This document shows positions 57,134 through 64,000 of a stretch of 64,000 bases of DNA, in pieces; the first letter of the stretch is position 1; the number at the start of each line of letters is the position of its first letter. The translations under genes were made by a program, and so were the position numbers. Source of the stretch: Paraspadella gotoi (Eukaryota > Animalia > Chaetognatha); contig CM119264.1 of the NCBI GenBank assembly GCA_051294375.1, positions 16,837,245 to 16,901,244 of the forward strand, given 5' to 3'. The notes beneath the pieces were generated by a model. That model was not told the DNA's origin and ran no database searches. It was given only the letters and a program-made list of their open reading frames with translations.

Positions 57134-58179
57134 AATTTACACCAATGAAATGAAAGAAAAATAACAAATCATTATACAGTAATATTATTATTTTGATAGC
57201 AACAATAAAAGCATTAAAATCGAACTTTTTTAACAATTCTTTTTTTTACTTGAAAGTAGTCTTCAAGAGTAAGGATTTGAACCCCCGCCCCTAGTAGATT
57301 TCTAGCTTTATATCGCCTTTTTCTTAATAATAGTTAATTCAAATAAAGTATACTAATCTGTATACTAATAAATTTGCTGATAATTTTTGATAATTTGGAA
57401 AATTGAGTAAAAGTTTTCGAAATATAATTAAGACGAGAATGGCTTTTCTTTTTAGGAGTACTAAAAGCTAAAAAAAAAAAAAAAATTTAAATGCTAATGT
57501 ATGTACAGCGTTCAAATAATCTATCATGCGCATAGATTATAGTATCAAAATATTTTTTGTCAAAAATGATTTCTTCTGAAGGTACTAGCCTAATTAAAAT
57601 TATTATATTACTATATTATTATTATAATTATTATTATTATATTACTATATATCACTAAATTTTTGACTCGCCCCATTGAATGCTTAAGGCGTCCATCATT
57701 CTTAAAAGATAAAAAAAGAAATCGTTAGTTGTCGAGTCATTGACAATGTATTAGTATGGACTGATGAATAATTGAAAGCGGTACAATTGAATATTCACCG
57801 TTTAGAATCTTCCCGGTCGGTATTTTATTTTTCTGCTTCTTATAAGCACGAACGTAAAAAAAATTATTTCGCAAAAAATAGAACAATGGTTTTTCTAATA
57901 TTACTCTAACCACCCTTGATCGTAACCAGTAACCACCCCTAACCCTAACCACCCTTAATCTTAATCACCCCATACCCTAACCATCCCTAATCTTAACCAC
58001 CCCAAACGTAAACCACCCCTAAGGCACCACCCTTAACACCCCGTAACCCCGGTCGGCAAAAGTAAAATTATGCCTTTATTGTTAAAATTAACACTCTTAT
58101 CTACTATGTTAATTGTGAAGTAAAAATAAGTAACTTTTTCAGGTTTAGCTTTTTTGTTAATTAATACAGGAAGGTCCAG

Positions 58180-58652
58180 GTATGTTGGGACTAACTTCAA
58201 GAGCATACAGCTCGAAAACGGTTTATAGTATAAGAAAAAAGTGAATATATTTGGAAACTTGGCTAATTTCTCTTCTGCGCCGGTTCTTTACAAAACTTAA
58301 GAAAATTTTTGGCCAAACTCAGGAAGAAAGGTGACTTCTGTTCTGACATTTAACCGCCCAGTTTCTCTGACTGCAATCCCCCAGATTAATGAAAATGTAG
58401 GATAAAGAAGCAGAATCTCCCACGCATACCCTCCAGAACTGTCATCTTTCTGACAGCAGGACTGGCAGTATTCCTAACGGGCTCGGTCACAAAAGCATAT
58501 GCCGCCTTTTCTGAACACTTTGAGAAGGGCGTGGTTGCCAAAAATAATTGTTTTTAATGGATTGTGTTATCTTTACAATTTTTTACATGTGGACTAATTT
58601 TCATATCATAATTCTTTTACTTATCAAACTTCTTAAACTTAGTCCCAGCAAT
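58180..58652. mobile_element. Probable non-autonomous DNA transposon
   Basis: Imperfect inverted ends tgttgggactaacttcaaga / tcttaaacttagtcccagca around a GC-richer interior. Confidence 0.45.
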
Positions 58653-61020
58653 ACATACATAAATAGATAAATAAATTTAGTATTTTACAAGTAAAACGAG
58701 TCGCGACTTTGTGGCTTAATTTCCTAAATAATCAACAAATTTTAAAAATCCAACCTTTCTCATACCACTAATTAATCATTAATAAAAAATATTGATTTCC
58801 AGTTTTGGGTTTTTTTTAGGTATTAATGATGCTTTCAGAGTCTCCACGAACAATTGTCATCTCCTCTAGAGAGAGAAAGTTCCACCACCATTCATTATCT
58901 TCTAATTCTAGACTTAACTTACGTTCGTTGTCGCTTGTTTCGATGAGATCCTAAAAGTTTAACAGTAAATTGTTAATTTTGATCTTTTTTTCATAGTAAA
59001 ACGTAAAAGGGAGGATCGTCTGCTCTACTTTTGCTTGATATTTTCCTATGTCAATAGAAAGGCAGGACGTAACGTGTTTTTGAAAATCATAACTAAATAG
59101 CACCAATTACTTAAATTCTTCCTTTCAATATTTTTTTACTAGTTTGAATTAAATAATATAAATAATAAAAGAAATCTTTATAATTTTTTTTAAATACTTC
59201 TGGCAGTGATTTCTATCGAGGAATTTAGCAAAAAAACCACTTTTTTCAATATTGTTAGAATATTACTAACAAAAATGATTAAATTTTAACTCTAAGACAA
59301 ATTTGGCGAGACTACGGATTAATTGAAATCATCTGCCGCATTTTCTAATCAAGAATCAATATCATTTTTGCTACTTTTAATAAAAAAAATCATGTCCATT
59401 TTTGTCCATTTTGACTTTTGTCTTGAGATTTGAACGCCAAGATCATTGAAGAAAAATTTTTTACTCCGGATTTTGGGTCCTTCTTATCTTCTTTACCTCT
59501 GAGTTGGTTCATTTGCCATTAGTCATTTATTGTTTGCCTATGAATTAATTTTTAAATTGACTAGTCAAAAACTTACATTTTTACATTTTATTACAATTTG
59601 TTAAACGAAAATACTTCAAAATGTCCACAATTCTAATCAAATATTCCCTATTGTTGGTGCTTCTGGTACCTAAAAAATTAGGGCAAAATATTTAATACTT
59701 TGGCTGCAAAAAAAATTTTAAGCCTACTTTTAATTTATGAGGATTTGTGAGGTGCGTTTTATTTGAACTAAAGCTCGATTTTTGACTTATTTTATAGTTT
59801 TAATAGATGAGAAACACACTAAAGTTGACAATTAAAAAAAACCGCCTTCTTTTATTGAAAGGGGAAGCGTCAGCAAATTAATTTCTCTCAATCGACAGGT
59901 TTTTGCGGAAAAAATTTCCGCAAAAATCTGTCGATTTTTTAAATCTGCTTGGCAACCAAACTTCCACTAAAATCATACAATACCCTAGATTTTTTTTCTT
60001 ACATTACATTTTAAAGATTTTCATACATCCAGTATGATATGAATGAAAAAATGAGTGAGAATGAGAAAAAGATGAGAGAAGAGAGAGAATGGGTGAAAAA
60101 AATTGAAGGGAGAGGGAGAAAGAGTGGAAAGAAATTAATATATGGGGAGAGGGGGGGAAACGAGAACAATTGAGAGAAAAGAAAAGATAAGAAACAGGGA
60201 AAGAAGAGAATCAGAGAGGGAGAGAAAAACAGAGATTGAGAGGAAGGGAAATAAAGGTTAAGGAAGAAATGAAAGGATGACACAAAAATATGAGGACAGA
60301 AAAGTAGGAGAAAGGGAGAGAAAGACAGAGAGAAAGAGAGAAAGCCAGAGAGAAAGAGAGAAAAAAAGAGAGACAGCAAGAAGGTTAAAGAGAGAAAAAA
60401 AATATTGGAAAAAAAAGGGAAAAAGTTTTAAAACATAGTGTGCCGTTATTTTGCCTAAGCAGTAGTATATCTAAAAAAACGCGATAGATCTGACGAGCAA
60501 TTTAATCTTTAAAAGTTGTTCTTACCATAAAAAATCGTTTTAGTTTCATCTTAATTATGGCAGATATCGTAATTGGAATGATTGACGTGAAAGAAATCAT
60601 GTCTTACCGTATTTTGAAAGCATAGAAATTCACCCAGTAAGTTCTATGTCATAAGGAGAAGTTAACTATAGCCAACCGTTTTTTTAAATAAAGAGTGTTT
60701 CATATTTATCAGAGGGAAAAAAAGAAATAATAGTTATTTAAGTTCCAATTTCATTGTTGAAAATACCCGAATCAAAATCACTGCCTTCTATATTTTAAAA
60801 TTTTATAAAGATTATAAAAGCTTAAAAAATTTTTTAATGGATATTTTTAAAATATTTTATCAAGTTATATTTATTTTTATTATTTGATTTAAACATCACA
60901 TTCATAAAATTTTATTAAATATAATTATTTTATAATATTAATTTTTTTAAAATTTTTTTAAATAATTTATTTTTTAAAATTAAGATTGAAAAAAATTTTT
61001 AATTTTAAATAATAAATATA

Positions 61021-61725
61021 TTGTGGCGGTATATTCACACCGCCTCACGTCCATCGTCTTTCAGCCAAATCCATTGGCTCAGAGGGGGAACATACTATCC
61101 CAAGCATAGTGTTCCATCCACAGTCCAAATAGCTTCCCTCTACGTTGGCAAAGCGTGACCGTCCTAGGGTAACCGCACCAGTGACTGGAGGCGTCACTGA
61201 GGGTCGGAAGCCCCCAAAGCCAACAGTGAGATGCCCCATCCCAATGGGCATTACAGGCAACCCGGCTGTTGTTATAATAATTTATTAAAATGTTAAATAT
61301 TTTAAATATATTTAGGTTATATAATTTTTTTACCCCAAAGGGAACAAAATCTTTTTCCCTTTGGGGTTGCCCCCAGTGGCAAGCTTTTTCTTTCCCCAGG
61401 GAGATTAGCATTAGGGGTGCCGCTAGAAGAGGTAAAATATATTCCCCCAGGGTCGGCCCAAGGGGGCCACCTTTTGGGGATTCAAAAGGGGGGTACCCCT
61501 TTTCAGACTATAATCTTGCTCCCCCTGGAATAAATTGCCCCTGGGGCCGCCCCTTCTGAGGCCCCGCGGGGGAGACATTCTGGGCGATGACATATCTCGG
61601 GAAACGTGTGGATTGTGGAATGCCATAAACCACCTTGGAGATGTGTAAAACCCTCAAGCCTGATTCCAAGCCTAGGACCCGTTTCATGGCTCCTAAAGGG
61701 GCATCGAAGTTACGGATAGATAGCC
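61021..61725. ncRNA. Candidate structured non-coding RNA (two GC-rich blocks separated by an AT-rich spacer), unassigned
   Basis: At least a dozen hairpins/helices: GGCGGT/ACCGCC, AGCCAA/TTGGCT, AGAGGG/CCCTCT, GGAACA/TGTTCC, GTTGGC/GCCAAC, CAGTGAC/GTCACTG, ATGCCC/GGGCAT, 13-bp ACCCCAAAGGGAA/TTCCCTTTGGGGT, CCTTTTG/CAAAAGG, GGGGCC/GGCCCC. Confidence 0.5.
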
Positions 61726-61728
61726 CAC

Positions 61729-63396
61729 TTATCGCCTTATACACACCGTTTGTCCCATCGCGATTGTCTGATCAATCCTGCGTCCAATTAACGCTTTTAA
61801 TTCATTTTCAGTCTTCGAAATAGATTGGCGACATCTTTTTCCTTTTTCGTGCAAACCTTCTAGCTTTTTTAAAAGCTCGTCAAGGAACGCTTCATATGTT
61901 GTCGAGTTTGAACATTCTTTAAAGCATATATCAACGTTATGGTCTCTAGAGTCCAGCCATGGCGCAAAGGTTGTCAACTCTTTTTCAGATGCTACATCTT
62001 CGAATCGATTTTCCTTAACGATATCAGGTTCTTGCAACGACTCAATGAACGAATACCGTCGTCCTTCGCCACTTTCCCAGTAGAACATCTTGTCCAGCAT
62101 AAGTTGAAAGTCGCGTAATGGTTTTGGCGTTAATTCGCGCTCGCATCCTCTCATCGTCTTCATCATTTTAATGGCGGTAATGGGAGATTCGCAACTTGGG
62201 TAACAAGAACAAAGGAGGCAAACCTTTTGAACTTCCTTGTCATTGACAATGATAGCTATATTTTGCGGACATTCTTCGTCAACTAAGACGGATGATACGC
62301 CACGTAGATCGAATCGGAACAAGAGAGTCCTAGAAAAAAAATCGAAATCGCCAACTATTTTTTCTTTTTTTTCTTTGGGGATAAAGGAAAAACAACAAGA
62401 ATGATATTAGCATTCGTTTTCAAGGATAGACTTTTAGTTACAACGTTTTTTTATTGTTTAAAAACAACGGAATAATTGAAACTAAAATAACGCACATGTT
62501 TCGGCTCTGGTGAGAGCCTTCTTCATCGCGAATAATGTAGTTTTGTGAAAATAGTTTTTCACTCTCTCTCTAACTTCAAATTCTGTGAAAAACTATTTTC
62601 ACAAAACATTATTTTTCACGCTTAAGAAGGCTCTCATCAGAGCCGAAACATATCTGTTATTTTTGTTTAAATTTTACCGTTGTTTTTAACCAATAAAAAA
62701 TTCATAACAAATATCAGATGGATTGGCTTTTTCGTTTGACCTGTAACTCTTCAAATAGGTTTCTTTTATTTTATATTATAATTTAAACCGATATAAAATG
62801 GCGAATACATCACAATTCACATGTTTAAAGTGAGTATTACATTTTCAAAATCGCCAGGAGCTCAGCTTTTTGAATCTGTTCTCCATTTTGAACTATTTTT
62901 TTCTTAAATGAACAGTGAAACGCATGTAAAATTACCTTTAATAAATTGATTTATTTGTTATTCGGTTAATTTTTATATTGTTTTAAGTTTTGAGTGAGAA
63001 AATAATACCATTATCAGTATTAGTCTTCATTCCTCACAGTTGTCAATATTAGCATGACTCACCGATCATCTAAGTTCAATCCAGAAATATCTCTATCAGA
63101 AATACTTAAAATAAAGTTGTCACGGTTTTCTCGAGGTATTTCCGCAAATGATTGGGCGCTGATCTTGGCCGCATCTGCATGGGACTTGATCTCCAAGACG
63201 CTAATAAGGAACGCGGGAAATTCTATCCCGAAAGAGTAGATGATTATTTGGTTTGAGGTTATCTTGCTTGGACGCCTGTAGCTTTTATCTAGGGAAAATT
63301 TAAAGGATTAAACTTAATATTTTGTTTATTAAAAGTGTCGTGATAATATTTTGCTTACTTTTTCTCGGAATTTCATTCTTGTTTTTGAAGTATTCC
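61729..63396 (-). CDS. Protein with a PTB/PID-like domain; 3' exons only, 5' end not located
   Basis: Phase-consistent exons EYFKNKNEIPRK / ..GIEFPAFLISVLEI..FILSISDRDISGLNLDD / RTLLFRFDLRGVSSVLVDEECPQNIAIIV..CLLCSC; the hydrophobic strand pattern resembles PTB domains. Confidence 0.5.
62478..62668. repeat. Short fold-back with degenerate hammerhead motifs in both arms (intronic)
   Basis: acatgtttcggctctggtgagagccttctt..gtgaaaatagtttttcac / gtgaaaaactattttcac..aagaaggctctcatcagagccgaaacat; stem II GGCTCT/AGAGCC and GAAAC retained, CUGA mutated. Confidence 0.65.
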
Positions 63397-63877
63397 TGAA
63401 CAAAGAGTAGAAATTGTTTAGGTTTTTCCATACTTTTTGTTTTATATTTAGGTTTTGCTTTTTCTTTTGCTTAGTGATATTTTTTATTGTGATATTTTTT
63501 TGTGGTTACGGATCAGAAAATTAATTCATTTTCTTTTCTTGTGGTTTGTGAGGAAAACAATTCGCCGATCCACTGGGCAATTATTGTAAACGCATACACT
63601 TTTCAATATTCAGTATTAATGTGCCTCAGTTTCATGTTTATATTGATTACATAACATGTTATTTGAAGAACAATTATGACGGCCTGTCTACCCCAACACC
63701 CACCCTGCGACGTTGTTTTAATCTATGACTATAACGCGAGTTATACACTATACAGCCCTATTTATTACACTACGTAAAAATTTTAAGTCAAGCTTGGCCC
63801 TCGCTCTATCAAAAATTAAACATCTGGCCTCTAAATTCTTTTCCTCGTTTTTTCGTTGTTTAACGGTAGAAATATGA

Positions 63878-63918
<41 letters not shown>
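63878..63918. repeat. (AAT)n microsatellite
   Basis: Perfect AAT run of about 13 units. Confidence 0.9.
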
Positions 63919-63920
<2 letters not shown>

Positions 63921-64000
63921 CAAACGAATTCGTTTTATAGTACTATTTTATTCTCGGCGATTCTCTCCAATTTATTTCTTCATTGACGTTATCTGTAGTT

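Noticed and set aside
57900-58050. Telomeric (TTAGGG)-like array, also at ~43860-43920
   Set aside because: Degenerate, short, internal, and embedded in a dispersed repeat with shared flanks.
60011-60379. 122-aa F/L/S-rich ORF, and similar ORFs at 6739, 14760 and 42302
   Set aside because: Translation of GA/CT-rich low-complexity repeat sequence.
61255-61270. RNase P CR-V-like AACCCGGCT, or SRP-like GCCGGG..CCTGTA on the opposite strand
   Set aside because: No CR-I (GAAAGUCC) partner and no SRP helix-8 motif.
61501-61520. Group I intron S-element-like AAGATTATAGTCTGA on the minus strand
   Set aside because: No matching R element (GACUA) upstream to form P7, and no P/Q elements found.

Overview
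AT-rich, intron-containing eukaryotic (invertebrate animal-like) genomic DNA; the species cannot be named from the sequence. The main feature is a ~30 kb run of 12 co-oriented minus-strand housekeeping genes: SMARCE1, RPS5, mitoferrin, WARS2, ATP synthase subunit c, SSR3, RARS1, RPS26, RPS11, MYBBP1A, RPS28 and ABCD4. Eleven are separated by only ~100-340 nt, and most have a Y-rich AG acceptor just before the ATG, as expected for an SL-trans-spliced operon centred on translation and mitochondria. Other genes are a plus-strand SLC13 transporter with a nested antisense class II aldolase, a RasGEF-domain gene, a PTB-like gene, a secreted orphan gene and tandem SMARCE1 HMG-box duplicates. Non-coding signals include candidate intronic C/D snoRNAs, a structured intronic RNA split by a MITE, and several Penelope-type fold-backs carrying hammerhead ribozyme motifs. 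Two distant GC-rich, highly structured bipartite islands (~9.8-10.4 kb and ~61.0-61.7 kb) share hairpins with compensatory stem changes and may be an undescribed ncRNA family. Non-autonomous transposons (hAT, Tc1/mariner-like MITEs, Helentron-associated elements) and minisatellites are common. All gene models and RNA folds were read by eye.
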